63,817 bases of DNA from a bacterium (GTDB taxonomy: Bacteria > Verrucomicrobiota > Verrucomicrobiia > Limisphaerales > JAJXZI01), in the NCBI GenBank assembly GCA_021780115.1, contig JAJXZI010000174.1:1-63817 (forward strand). Direction: 5' to 3'. The notes below the pieces were generated by a model. That model worked only from the letters and a program-made list of their open reading frames with translations. It did no database searches and had not been told where the DNA came from. Each line of letters starts with the position of its first letter. Positions within the stretch are counted from its first letter, which is position 1. Positions 30,838 to 40,149 of the stretch are shown here, piece by piece. The translations under genes and the position numbers were made by a program.

Positions 30838-31701
30838 ATGAAACCTCGATTTCCCGCGGTCGTGCTTGGGTTCTCCCCGTTGCTGGCCGTCGCCTTGGCG
30901 GCGCACGCCGACGACCCCCTGCCCGTGGCCACGCGCAAAGTGTTCGAGCAGAACAAGGACTCCATCGTCTGGATTTCCGCCGTGGCGAAAATGAGTTTCG
31001 CCACCAGCGACTCCAAGGCGCCAATGAACATCCCGGACGAGGAGCGCAAATTCGAGGCGCTGGGCACCATCCTGGATTCCAACGGCTTGGTGGTGGCGGC
31101 GTTGAGCGGACTGGATCCCACCCGGATCCTCTCCGGCCGGGAAGTCAACACACCTTCCGGCCGGGTCCGGATCGACGCCTCGGCCACGCTGAAGGAGGCA
31201 AAAATTGTCATGCCGGACGGCACGGAAGTGCCCGCCGACGTGGTGATGAAGGACCTCGACCTCGACCTCGCCTTCCTGAAGCCCAAGCCGGACAGCCGGG
31301 AGGCCAAGGCCGTGACGTTCAAGCCGATTGACCTGAAAAAGAGCGCCCTCGGCGGTATCGCCGACGACACGGTCACGGTGATGCGGATGGATGAAATGTT
31401 CAATCGTCAGCCCGCCGTGCAGGGCGGACAGGTCGTGGCCGTGACGCAAAAGCCGCGCCCCTTCCTGCGCGTCAGCGGCACCGCCTCCGGGTGCCCGACG
31501 TTTGCGATGGACGGCCGGATCCTGGGCATCAGTGTGAACCGTTTCAGCAGGGAGAAGCCGCCCATCTCAGTCGTGCTCCCCGCCGCCGACGTGCTGGAGA
31601 TTGCCGACCAGGCCAAAGTCGCCAAGCCCATTACCGTCGAGGAACCGAAGGCCAAGCCGGCGGAACAACCGGCGGAGACGAAAGCCGGCGGGGCAAAGTG
31701 A
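30838..31701 (+). CDS. secreted protein with a degenerate (apparently non-catalytic) trypsin-like fold
   Basis: It has a signal peptide (MKPRFPAVVLGFSPLLAVALAAHA). An HtrA-like Asp context is kept (LDLAFLKPKP), but the His context reads ..NGLVVAALSG and the Ser block reads SGTASGCPTFAMDGRILGISV instead of GNSGGP. Confidence 0.5.
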   Translation: MKPRFPAVVLGFSPLLAVALAAHADDPLPVATRKVFEQNKDSIVWISAVAKMSFATSDSKAPMNIPDEERKFEALGTILDSNGLVVAALSGLDPTRILSGREVNTPSGRVRIDASATLKEAKIVMPDGTEVPADVVMKDLDLDLAFLKPKPDSREAKAVTFKPIDLKKSALGGIADDTVTVMRMDEMFNRQPAVQGGQVVAVTQKPRPFLRVSGTASGCPTFAMDGRILGISVNRFSREKPPISVVLPAADVLEIADQAKVAKPITVEEPKAKPAEQPAETKAGGAK

Positions 31702-31716
31702 TTCGGCCGCCAGCCG

Positions 31717-32469
31717 ATGAAGACGGCCAAGACTGTCTGCGCCATCCAACACGTCCCCTGCGAGACGTTGGGGCTGATCGCGGGCGCGTTAAAGCGGCAG
31801 GGGCTCGCCGTGAAACTCGTCCGGCCATTTCGCGGTGAGCGGATTCCCCGGAGTCTCCGCGCCTGCGCCGGCCTGGTCGTCATGGGCGGGCCGATGGGTG
31901 TTTATGAACAGGAACGCCATCCGTTCCTGGCCGGGGAAATCCGGTTGCTCCAGCAGGCGGTGCGCGAAGCAAAACCGGTCCTCGGCGTCTGCCTGGGAAG
32001 CCAGCTCCTGGCGGCGGCCCTGGGCGCCCCGGTGGCGCCCGGCCGGCGAAAAGAAATCGGCTGGCATGGCGTCACGCTGACGAACGCCGCGAGCGAGGAT
32101 CCTCTCTGGCGCGGGATCGAACGCCGGTTCGTCGGCTATCACTGGCACGGCGACGTCTTCGAGTTGCCGCGCGGCGCTGTGGCTCTCGCGCGATCGAGCC
32201 TGACGAAGAACCAGGCCTTCCGCTTCGGCGCATCGGCGTACGGCATCCTGTTTCACCTGGAAGTCGGCGCGAAGATGATCGGCCGGATGACCAGGACGTT
32301 CCGGGCTGAACTTGAGCAGGCCGGACTGGTAGGAGCGGAAATCCTGAGCGGCGTCGCCCAACACCTTCCCCGGTTGCAGGAGATCGGCACCGTCGTTTTC
32401 CGGCGCTGGGCCGAACTCGTGGCGGACGGTCCCGCCCCAGCGCGGTCGCCCCGCGTCCCCCGGTCGTGA
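31717..32469 (+). CDS. class-I glutamine amidotransferase-like protein
   Basis: It has VVMGGPMGVYE, the nucleophile elbow GVCLGSQLLA and the HWHGD.FELP His region. Confidence 0.8.
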   Translation: MKTAKTVCAIQHVPCETLGLIAGALKRQGLAVKLVRPFRGERIPRSLRACAGLVVMGGPMGVYEQERHPFLAGEIRLLQQAVREAKPVLGVCLGSQLLAAALGAPVAPGRRKEIGWHGVTLTNAASEDPLWRGIERRFVGYHWHGDVFELPRGAVALARSSLTKNQAFRFGASAYGILFHLEVGAKMIGRMTRTFRAELEQAGLVGAEILSGVAQHLPRLQEIGTVVFRRWAELVADGPAPARSPRVPRS

Positions 32470-32476
32470 ACACCCT

Positions 32477-33631
32477 ATGAGCGAACCCAATCGGAAGCTG
32501 AAACCAGCCACGTTGTGCGTCCATGCCGGCACGCATCTGGACGCCGGCACCGGCGGAGTCTGCAGCCCCATCTTCCCCTCCAGCGCCTACGCGTACCCGA
32601 ATCCCGCCGTCGGCGAGAACATCTATCCCCGCTATTTCAACGTGCCCAACCAGCGCGTCGTCGCCCGCAAGCTGGCGGCGCTGGAGAAAGGTGAAGCCGG
32701 CTTGGTTTTCGCTTCCGGCATGGCGGCGATCTCGACGGTGCTCTTCGCGCACCTGAAGCCCGGCGATCACGCCGTCTTCCAGGCCGACCTCTACGGCGGC
32801 ACCTACCATTTCGTCACGGCCGAGTTGGTCCGTTTCGGCATCGAGATCTCCTTCGCCCGCAAGGCGGAGGACTTCGTCGCGTCCACCCGGCCCAACACGC
32901 GGCTGCTTTACGTCGAGTCGCCGTCCAATCCGCTGCTGAGCATCATGGACTTGGCGGCCGTGGCCAAGCTGGGCCGCGCCCACGGCCTGCTGACGGTCAT
33001 CGACAACACGTTCGCGACTCCGATCAATCAGAACCCGATTGAACTGGGCTTCGACGTCGTTGTGCATAGCGGCACCAAATACCTCAACGGCCACAGCGAC
33101 GTGAATTGCGGCGCGGTCGTTTCCTCGCCGCTGGTGATCCGTCGTGTGACCGAGTGCGCGGTGAACCACGGCGGGACACTGGACGCGCACGCCTGTTACC
33201 AACTCGAACGGGGTTTGAAAACGCTGGCCCTGCGCGTGAAGCAGCAAAACGAAAACGCCGGCCGCCTGGCCCGGTTCCTCCAGGCTCACCCGGCGGTCGC
33301 GCGCGTCAATTATCCCGGGCTGCCCGAACACCCGGACCACGCCGTCGCCGCCCGCCAGATGCGCGGCTTCGGCGGGATGTTGTCCTTCGAGCTGCGCGAG
33401 CCGGTCCGCGTGGCGGGACTGCTCCGCGGCTTGCGGGTGGTGACGCCGGCGTTGAGCCTGGGCGGGGTGGAGACATTGATTTGCGTTCCGGCCCAGACCT
33501 CCCACGTGAAGCTCTCGCCCGAAGAGCGCCAGCGGGCGGGCATCAGCGACGGCCTGCTGCGCGTGTCCGTCGGGGTCGAGGACGCGGAGGATTTGGTGGA
33601 AGATTTCGCCCAGGCGCTCGAAACGGCGTAA
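32477..33631 (+). CDS. Cys/Met-metabolism PLP enzyme (cystathionine gamma-synthase / beta- or gamma-lyase family)
   Basis: The family pattern is present, including VIDNTFATP and the PLP-lysine motif HSGTKYLNGHSD, plus the C-terminal LSLGGVETLI and RVSVGVED blocks. Confidence 0.9.
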   Translation: MSEPNRKLKPATLCVHAGTHLDAGTGGVCSPIFPSSAYAYPNPAVGENIYPRYFNVPNQRVVARKLAALEKGEAGLVFASGMAAISTVLFAHLKPGDHAVFQADLYGGTYHFVTAELVRFGIEISFARKAEDFVASTRPNTRLLYVESPSNPLLSIMDLAAVAKLGRAHGLLTVIDNTFATPINQNPIELGFDVVVHSGTKYLNGHSDVNCGAVVSSPLVIRRVTECAVNHGGTLDAHACYQLERGLKTLALRVKQQNENAGRLARFLQAHPAVARVNYPGLPEHPDHAVAARQMRGFGGMLSFELREPVRVAGLLRGLRVVTPALSLGGVETLICVPAQTSHVKLSPEERQRAGISDGLLRVSVGVEDAEDLVEDFAQALETA

Positions 33632-33713
33632 ACAGCGTGAGGCCAAAGTCCGGCGTTCGGGCGCCTTGCTCGCGCATTGTCAGCGGCGGTCGCGGCGCTA
33701 TAGTCCCGGCGCC

Positions 33714-35174
33714 ATGGCTGTCGAGAACCGCATCATCAAAATCCAGAAGCGGAACCGCGCGCTGGTGACGTTCGACGCGGGCCGCATCCGGCAGGCGATC
33801 CTGCGCGCGGCGCAGTCCATCGGCGGCTTTGCGTCGGACCATCTGCCGGAGATCAACGGCCGGATTTTCGACGCCCACCCGTCCGATGACGCCCTCGCCG
33901 GCTTCCTGGCCGACATGGTAGTCGTCTGCCTCAACGCCGACCCGCACCATCTGATCTCGAACTTTCCGCCGACCATCGAGACGATCCAGGATCAAGCGCT
34001 TCACGCCCTGCGCAGCTATGGTTTTCAGAACACGGCGGACGCTTACGCCTGTTACCGCTGGGGCCGCCACTGGCTCCGCGAAGGCGCGCTGCGCCCCGAC
34101 CAGTTTGCCGGCAATGGCTTCCCGGCGGAGCGGATGGCGCAGACGCTGGCGTGGAACCAGGCGCGCGGCTGCCACACCATCGCCGGCCTCAACGAGATCG
34201 TCCGGCGCGGGAAAATCAAGACGCTGATCGAGGAGTCCACCGCGTCTTACGAGACGGCGCTGGACGAGGCCGCCCAGCGGTTCCTAGCCCGCCTCAATGC
34301 CGGCGACCGCATCCGGTTGCTCTGGGTGGCGGGGCCGAGTTCTTCGGGCAAGACGACCACTACGGTCAAACTCACCCAGCGGCTGGAGAAGCAGGGAGTG
34401 CGTTTCCTGATGCTCAACCTGGACGACTACTTCTGGTCGCTGATTGAGCACCCGACCGATTGGATCAACGACCGCAACTTCGAGACGCCCGAGGCGCTGG
34501 ACATCCAGTTGCTCAACCAGCACCTCCGCGAACTGCTGGACGGCCGGACCATCGAGAAACCCAGCTACAGCTTCAAGCAGGGCCGGCGACTGGCCCCGAA
34601 ACCCGTCCGCCTGGAGCCCGACCAGGTGCTGCTGCTCGACTGCCTCCACGGGCTGTACCCGCCGATCACCGAGGGCATTGACCCCGCGGCGCAGTTCCGG
34701 CTCTACCTTGAGACGTTGAACGTGCTCGACGAGGGCGACGGCAGCACGCCGCGGCGGACGAAGTTCACCGACGTGCGGCTGCTCCGGCGCATGGTGCGCG
34801 ACGCCGTCCACCGCAACCACAGCCCGCTGCTCACCCTCCTCCACTGGCATTACGTCCGCGCCGGGGAACTGTTCAGCATCCTTCCGCTGCGGGGACTGTG
34901 CGACTGCGTGATCAACGGCGGCTTCGCCTTCGACCTGCCCGCGCTGAAGCCGTTCTTCAGCGGGCCGGCGAGCCTGCTGCCGCCCCCGGAAGACCTCGCG
35001 GCGTACCCCGGTTTCCTCGACGCCCGCATCCGCTACGAGCGCGTCCGCCGGCTGCTCGAAGCGGTGGAAGGTCTGACCCGCGAGCAAGCCGCCTCCCGTG
35101 AACTCATCCCCGGCGACGCCGTGGTGCGAGAGTTCATCGGGGGCAGCACGATCCAGATTCCGCACAATGAATAA
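33714..35174 (+). CDS. ATP-cone domain fused to a uridine-kinase/PRK-like P-loop kinase
   Basis: The N-terminus, IIKIQKRNRALVTFDAGRIRQAILRA, is the typical start of an ATP-cone. About 200 aa later come the P-loop WVAGPSSSGKTTTTVKL and LNLDDYF. The start is at the ATG at 33714. Confidence 0.65.
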   Translation: MAVENRIIKIQKRNRALVTFDAGRIRQAILRAAQSIGGFASDHLPEINGRIFDAHPSDDALAGFLADMVVVCLNADPHHLISNFPPTIETIQDQALHALRSYGFQNTADAYACYRWGRHWLREGALRPDQFAGNGFPAERMAQTLAWNQARGCHTIAGLNEIVRRGKIKTLIEESTASYETALDEAAQRFLARLNAGDRIRLLWVAGPSSSGKTTTTVKLTQRLEKQGVRFLMLNLDDYFWSLIEHPTDWINDRNFETPEALDIQLLNQHLRELLDGRTIEKPSYSFKQGRRLAPKPVRLEPDQVLLLDCLHGLYPPITEGIDPAAQFRLYLETLNVLDEGDGSTPRRTKFTDVRLLRRMVRDAVHRNHSPLLTLLHWHYVRAGELFSILPLRGLCDCVINGGFAFDLPALKPFFSGPASLLPPPEDLAAYPGFLDARIRYERVRRLLEAVEGLTREQAASRELIPGDAVVREFIGGSTIQIPHNE

Positions 35175-35232
35175 CGCGCGGCGTCCGCGGCCCGTCCCTT
35201 GGGCTAACAAGTTCCGCGCGCCAGAAATCCGA

Positions 35233-36195
35233 ATGCCTTACATGCTTCTCAAACCTCCCCGCCTCGAGTTCGGCGACACCGTCGGCATCGCCGCTCCCGC
35301 CAGTCCCCCCGGCGATCCCGGCGTGATTGACCGCTCGGTCGCCGCGCTGGAGCGCCTGGGTTTCCGCGCCCGGCTCGCGCCCCACGTGCGTCGGCGCCGG
35401 GGTTTCCTGGCGGGCAGCGACCGCGAGCGGGCCGGCGACTTGATGCAACTGTTCCGCGACCCGAAGGTGAAGGCGATCATCTGCCTGCGCGGCGGTTACG
35501 GGGCCGGCCGTTTGCTCCCGCTGCTTGACTACGCGGCGATCCGGTCGCATCCGAAAATCTTCGTCGGCTACAGCGACATCACCGCGCTGCACTGCGCGCT
35601 GCTCGCTCGCGCCGGCCTCGTCTCGTTCCACGGCCCGACGATGAACTCGGATTTGGTGAAGGAGGATTTGCCGGAGTTCACGCTGCGCAGCCTCCTGCGA
35701 ACCGTCATGGAACCGACGGCGCCGGGTGGCATCAAGCAAGGGTACGGCGGCCACACGGTGTCCGTGCTGCGCGGCGGCCAGGCGGAAGGACGGCTCGTGG
35801 GCGGGAACCTGTCCCTGCTCTGCTCGCTGGTGGGAACGCCGTTCCTGCCCGACTTCCGGAAGCGAATTCTCTTTCTGGAAGACCTCGCCGAGCCGCCCTA
35901 CCGCTTCGACCGGATGCTCACGCACCTGCTGAACGCGGGCTTGTTGCCGCGCGTCGCCGGCGTTGCGGTGGGCCTCAACCGGCACTGCCACGATCCCAAG
36001 GCGCGGAAAGCGAAGGAGTACCGGCAGACGCTGGAGGACGTGCTCCGCGACCGGCTGCTGCCGCTGAAAGTGCCGGTGGTGGCGGGTCTGCCGTTCGGTC
36101 ATGTGCGGCTCAATGCCACGCTGCCCGTCGGCGTGCCCGCCCGGCTCGATGGCGACGCCGGCGATCTGAGCCTCCTCGCCCCCGCCGTGCGGTGA
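35233..36195 (+). CDS. ldcA: LD-carboxypeptidase (peptidase S66)
   Basis: It matches GDTVGIAAPAS, RGGYGA, the nucleophile motif VGYSDITALH, GGNLSLL and the C-terminal LPFGHV. Confidence 0.85.
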   Translation: MPYMLLKPPRLEFGDTVGIAAPASPPGDPGVIDRSVAALERLGFRARLAPHVRRRRGFLAGSDRERAGDLMQLFRDPKVKAIICLRGGYGAGRLLPLLDYAAIRSHPKIFVGYSDITALHCALLARAGLVSFHGPTMNSDLVKEDLPEFTLRSLLRTVMEPTAPGGIKQGYGGHTVSVLRGGQAEGRLVGGNLSLLCSLVGTPFLPDFRKRILFLEDLAEPPYRFDRMLTHLLNAGLLPRVAGVAVGLNRHCHDPKARKAKEYRQTLEDVLRDRLLPLKVPVVAGLPFGHVRLNATLPVGVPARLDGDAGDLSLLAPAVR

Positions 36196-36458
36196 AGTGA
36201 ACCGGAGCGCACGCGAGATTCGTCGCTCCGCCAGCCCGACGGAGGCGGTTGCCACCGACGACGCATCGTTTCGCCAGAGGCTGAGGCCTTTCCCAGGCGT
36301 CGGCTTTAACTTGCTGTCTCAATGGGATGGCTCTGATCGAGATTCAAAAGTTGTGAGAAGCGGGTATTGTCGCTCGGAGCCGTGGACGTGAAGAGTCTGG
36401 TCCTCAGTATCAGGTAATTTTCTTGCGATATCCGGAACTTCCCACTAACAAAACTGCC

Positions 36459-38138
36459 ATGAAGACACTCCTTGGTCTCGTCTCAGGCCTCCAGCTTCTT
36501 GTGCTAAGGAAGCAGCGTCCGGGATTCGGAATCCGATCTTCGATTTCCAGTGCATTTGCCTTTTCCACTCTGCTTGCCCTACCTCTGGTCTCCGTTCGCG
36601 GGCAGACCGCGGACGACTTCAACCCCGGTGCCGACAATCGTGTCTATGCCACTGCCGTGCAGCCGGACGGCAAGATTCTGGTTGGCGGATACTTCACGAC
36701 GCTTGGAGGGCAAGGCCGTTCATACATCGGCCGACTTTCCTCGGACGGCAGCGTGGATGCGGCGTTTAATCCAGGCGCCAGTGCGGAAGTCGAATGTTTG
36801 GCCGTACAATCTGATGGCAGGATTCTGGTTGCGGGCAACTTCAAGATGCTCGGCGGCCAGAGTTGCAATAAACTTGGCCGGCTGATGCCGGACGGCGTCA
36901 TCGACGCTTCCTTTAGTTCAGCGGCCGATTCTGTTGTCTATTGCCTGGCCATACAGGCGGATGGGAAGGTTGTCGTTGGAGGCTGCTTCACGATGCTGGG
37001 GGCGCAGAAGCGGTCGAATATTGGACGTCTCAACGCGGACGGCAGCGTTGACATGTCCTTCAATCCAGGGGCCAATGGCTGCGTCGAGTCCCTCGCGATG
37101 CAGGCAGATGGGAGAATTCTCGTAGGAGGCTTCTTCACCGTACTGGGTGGGAAGAGTCGCCCATGCATAGGACGACTGAATTCCGATGGAACCATTGATC
37201 CCGCGTTCAATCCCGGGATCGCAGGGCCGATGTCATTTCCTTACGTAAGCAGCTTAGCGGTGCAAGCAGACGGGAAGATTCTGGTTGGGGGATCCTTCAC
37301 CTCGTTGGGCGGGCAGAGCCGCACAAACATTGGCCGATTGAACGCGGACGGGAGTCCTGATCTGCTATTCAACCCCGGCGCTGGTGGTCCCGTTGCCAGT
37401 TTTGGGATCCAGGCAGACGGAAGCATTTTGGTCGGTGGTTTCTTCGCCACATTTGGCGGCCAGAACCGGTGGAACATTGCGCGGCTCTTCCAAGACGGTA
37501 GCCTCGATACTTCCTTCGCCCCGGCAGCGACGCCCTCATATGTTTCTGCTCTCGCAGTGCAGGCGGACGGGAGGATCCTGGTAGGAGGCTGGTTCACCAC
37601 ACTGGCAGACCAGGGCCGCAGTAACCTCGGTCGGCTCAACAACTCTGGATCGCCGAATGACAGCCTAGTATTCGACAACTCAACCGTCAGTTGGCTGCGA
37701 GGGGGCACTGCGCCAGAAGTCGGGCGCACGGCGTTGGACTACTCGACGAATGGTATAGACTGGATAGCACTCGGACCCGGTGCCCGCATTGCGGGCGGCT
37801 GGCAACTGAGCGGCTTGTCTTTGCCGGCTCAAGCCGCCGTCCGCGCCCGAGGTTTCGTGACAGGCGGCTCCGGCAACGGTTCGAGTTGGTTCGTGGAGAC
37901 GCGGGCGGTGACGCCGCCGAAACTGGCGGCACTTGGCGTTGGCACCAACGGCTTTCGCTTCACCTTCGAGAGCGTAGCGGGCGCAACCTACGTGACCGAA
38001 ACCTGCGACGGTCCCGTCGCCGGCACCTGGAACACCTTGGAGCAGCGCACCGGCGCCGGCGCGCTGGAGACGGTGGCGGACCCGTCGCCGGGCGGGGGCA
38101 CGCGCTTCTACCGCGTCCGGGCGGCGCCTCCTCCGTAG
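36459..38138 (+). CDS. secreted delta-60 repeat (beta-propeller-like) protein
   Basis: Seven tandem ~50-56-aa units of the form DGS.D.(A/S)FNPGA...V..LA(V/I)Q.DG(K/R)ILVGG.FT.LGG(Q/K)(S/G)R..IGRL are present. A C-terminal domain ends in RFYRVR. Confidence 0.85.
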   Translation: MKTLLGLVSGLQLLVLRKQRPGFGIRSSISSAFAFSTLLALPLVSVRGQTADDFNPGADNRVYATAVQPDGKILVGGYFTTLGGQGRSYIGRLSSDGSVDAAFNPGASAEVECLAVQSDGRILVAGNFKMLGGQSCNKLGRLMPDGVIDASFSSAADSVVYCLAIQADGKVVVGGCFTMLGAQKRSNIGRLNADGSVDMSFNPGANGCVESLAMQADGRILVGGFFTVLGGKSRPCIGRLNSDGTIDPAFNPGIAGPMSFPYVSSLAVQADGKILVGGSFTSLGGQSRTNIGRLNADGSPDLLFNPGAGGPVASFGIQADGSILVGGFFATFGGQNRWNIARLFQDGSLDTSFAPAATPSYVSALAVQADGRILVGGWFTTLADQGRSNLGRLNNSGSPNDSLVFDNSTVSWLRGGTAPEVGRTALDYSTNGIDWIALGPGARIAGGWQLSGLSLPAQAAVRARGFVTGGSGNGSSWFVETRAVTPPKLAALGVGTNGFRFTFESVAGATYVTETCDGPVAGTWNTLEQRTGAGALETVADPSPGGGTRFYRVRAAPPP

Positions 38139-38913
38139 CCCCGCACCCGTCACGGCCCACCGCCACGGCGGTTCCAGGATTGCCGCCAGATCCTGAAAGC
38201 TGTCCTGCGCAGGCGGTGGGAGGCGCGGAACCCGTTGGTGTTGGCGGCGGCGGAGCGGTGCTCGCCGAGTGAGGAGCGGCCCCTGCGCCACGGTCCGGTC
38301 TGCTTTTCCCCGCCTCCATTTGAGCGCACACAGAATCCCGGCTTGGGAAGCTACCGACACCCCATCTCGCGCGGCTTGCCAAACCGCGAGAAGTTGGGGG
38401 TGCGGTCGTAGGAGGTATCCGTCGCCGGGTCAAGGACTTGCGTGTAACTTGTTGCGCGCAATTGCCTTCTGCGGGACGGAGGGTTTCGTCCGCCAAAGTC
38501 AACGAGTGCCAAGGAGTGCTAACGAGCGCCAACGAGCGGCGGCATTCTGGCAAGTTTGTGGCAAGTTTCGGCCCGGACGAATTCTGAAAATTTCGGTGGC
38601 CGGCGTCCTCCGGGCCACGCACTCAGGGATGTAAGCTCGAAACTCGAAATCAAAAATGAACACGACCGAATCGACTCCCGCCGAACGCCCCCACCATCCG
38701 CTTTCTCCTTCCACGCTTCAGTCCTTGGAGTGCTGCCCCTGTTACGCGGGGCGCAGCGAGGCCAACGAGGCGGCCATTCGGGGCACCCTTTAGCACGGAG
38801 CCACGGAAGCCGGCGCTGACGACGTTCAACTGAGCGACGACGAGGCGCAGACGGTCGTCCAGGTAATCAGCGAGCACATCCTGGAACTGGCCCCCAAGAG
38901 CTACACGACCGCT

Positions 38914-39849
38914 GTGGATTGTCCCCCGCCAGCCTCGCCCCGCGCGGCAGGAGGCCAGGACCAATCCGCCGTGCTGCTCCTGTCCGACACCCACATCGGA
39001 AAAGTCGTCAAGCCGGAACAGACCCTCGGCTTGGGGGAATACAACTTCCCGGAGTTCCTGCGCCGACTCAAGCGCCTGGAAGAATCCGTCTTCTCGATCT
39101 TGACCGACCACACGACGACCCGCGTGCCCGAAATCGTCGTGGCGCTCCTGGGGGACATGCTGGACGGCGCGCTGGACCACGCGGCGGAGTGCGGGCACGT
39201 CAACACCGTGCTCTCGCAGTTCTACCAGGGCGGCCACGCGCTGGCGCAATTCCTGGCCCGGCTCTCCACCCTTGCGCCGCTCCGGGTCTATGGCGTCGTG
39301 GGAAATCACACCCGCTGGCAGAACCAGCGCAAGATGCCGACCGAGAACCGGAACAGCAACTACGACATGATGCTCTACCTCTACGTCCAGGCGTTGGTCC
39401 GGGAGATTCCCCGGATCGAATGCCGCTTCGACGAACAGCCGTTCAGCCTGTTCGACGTGCAAGGCTGGCGGTTCTACGCCGGCCACGGGGACAACCTGCG
39501 GGGCGGCGACAAGATGCTGGGCATCCCGAACCACGCCATCGGACGCAACGTGGGGACCAACTCGCAGTTGTTCATCCGGGCGAAGCAGCCCCTCCCCAAC
39601 TACTACCTTTACGGGCACCTGCATCGGCCCATCACGCTGCCGCACACCAACGGCGAGGTCATCGTCAACGGGGCGTTTCCGGGGGTGGACGGCTACTCGC
39701 TCACGGAGGCGTTCAACTCCTCGCATCCGGTCCAGAAGTTTTTCCTGGTCCACCCGAAGTTCGGGCGGAGCGCCTGCTACGATCTGCGGCTCGACTTCCC
39801 GCCGACCGGAGAACCCTACAAGCTGGACTCGATGTTCGCCTGTAATTGA
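38914..39849 (+). CDS. calcineurin-like metallophosphoesterase
   Basis: The canonical motif series is in order: LLLSDTHIG, LLGDMLDG, VVGNHTRW, AGHGDN and YGHLHRP. The GTG start at 38914 is the first start codon after an in-frame TAA at 38863. The overlapping minus-strand ORF 38650..39753 has no motifs. Confidence 0.85.
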   Translation: MDCPPPASPRAAGGQDQSAVLLLSDTHIGKVVKPEQTLGLGEYNFPEFLRRLKRLEESVFSILTDHTTTRVPEIVVALLGDMLDGALDHAAECGHVNTVLSQFYQGGHALAQFLARLSTLAPLRVYGVVGNHTRWQNQRKMPTENRNSNYDMMLYLYVQALVREIPRIECRFDEQPFSLFDVQGWRFYAGHGDNLRGGDKMLGIPNHAIGRNVGTNSQLFIRAKQPLPNYYLYGHLHRPITLPHTNGEVIVNGAFPGVDGYSLTEAFNSSHPVQKFFLVHPKFGRSACYDLRLDFPPTGEPYKLDSMFACN

Positions 39850-39882
39850 CGCCGGGCGCCCCAGCGGATAGTGTGAACGGGT

Positions 39883-40149
39883 ATGCTTACTAGAACCGAA
39901 GAAAAGCAGGTCTTACAAGAGGGGCTGGAACAGTTGCGGCGGGCCGTGGACACTCTGCGGCCCGCCTTGACTCAGGTGCGTCCGATTACTGAACGGGAAC
40001 GCGAGCACCGGGAGCGGGTGCTGTCATCCCTGACGCGCTCCGTTACGGTCGTCGAACTGTTCCTCTTGGATTACGCCGACCCGCCGGTGGGGAATCCCGT
40101 TCCACAAAGGTCCGCGGGAGTGCCCGACGGGAACGGCACCGCCGGATAG
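39883..40149 (+). CDS. small hypothetical protein (88 aa, predicted helical/coiled N-half)
   Basis: The ATG ORF starts 34 nt after the phosphoesterase stop on the same strand. Its composition is plausible (MLTRTEEKQVLQEGLEQLRRAVDTLRPAL...). I recognise no homology. Confidence 0.35.
   Translation: MLTRTEEKQVLQEGLEQLRRAVDTLRPALTQVRPITEREREHRERVLSSLTRSVTVVELFLLDYADPPVGNPVPQRSAGVPDGNGTAG

Noticed and set aside
38501-38568. The 10-bp and 11-bp tandem repeats, together with the heptamer arrays at 60451-60485, 60901-60932 and 27054-27074, considered as a CRISPR array.
   Set aside because: The units are 7-11 nt and directly abutting, with no spacers. CRISPR repeats are ~24-48 nt and separated by unique spacers. 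No cas genes are present in the window.
38656-38793. The 45-aa CCPC-containing ORF, considered as a standalone feature call.
   Set aside because: It is too short, it lacks an obvious Shine-Dalgarno sequence, and I recognise no homology. It is reported only inside the findings as something to test.
38650-39753. A 367-aa minus-strand ORF overlapping the metallophosphoesterase gene.
   Set aside because: The plus-strand frame carries the full ordered metallophosphoesterase motif set (DxH, GDxxD, GNH, GH, GHxH). The minus-strand product has shadow-type composition and no motifs.
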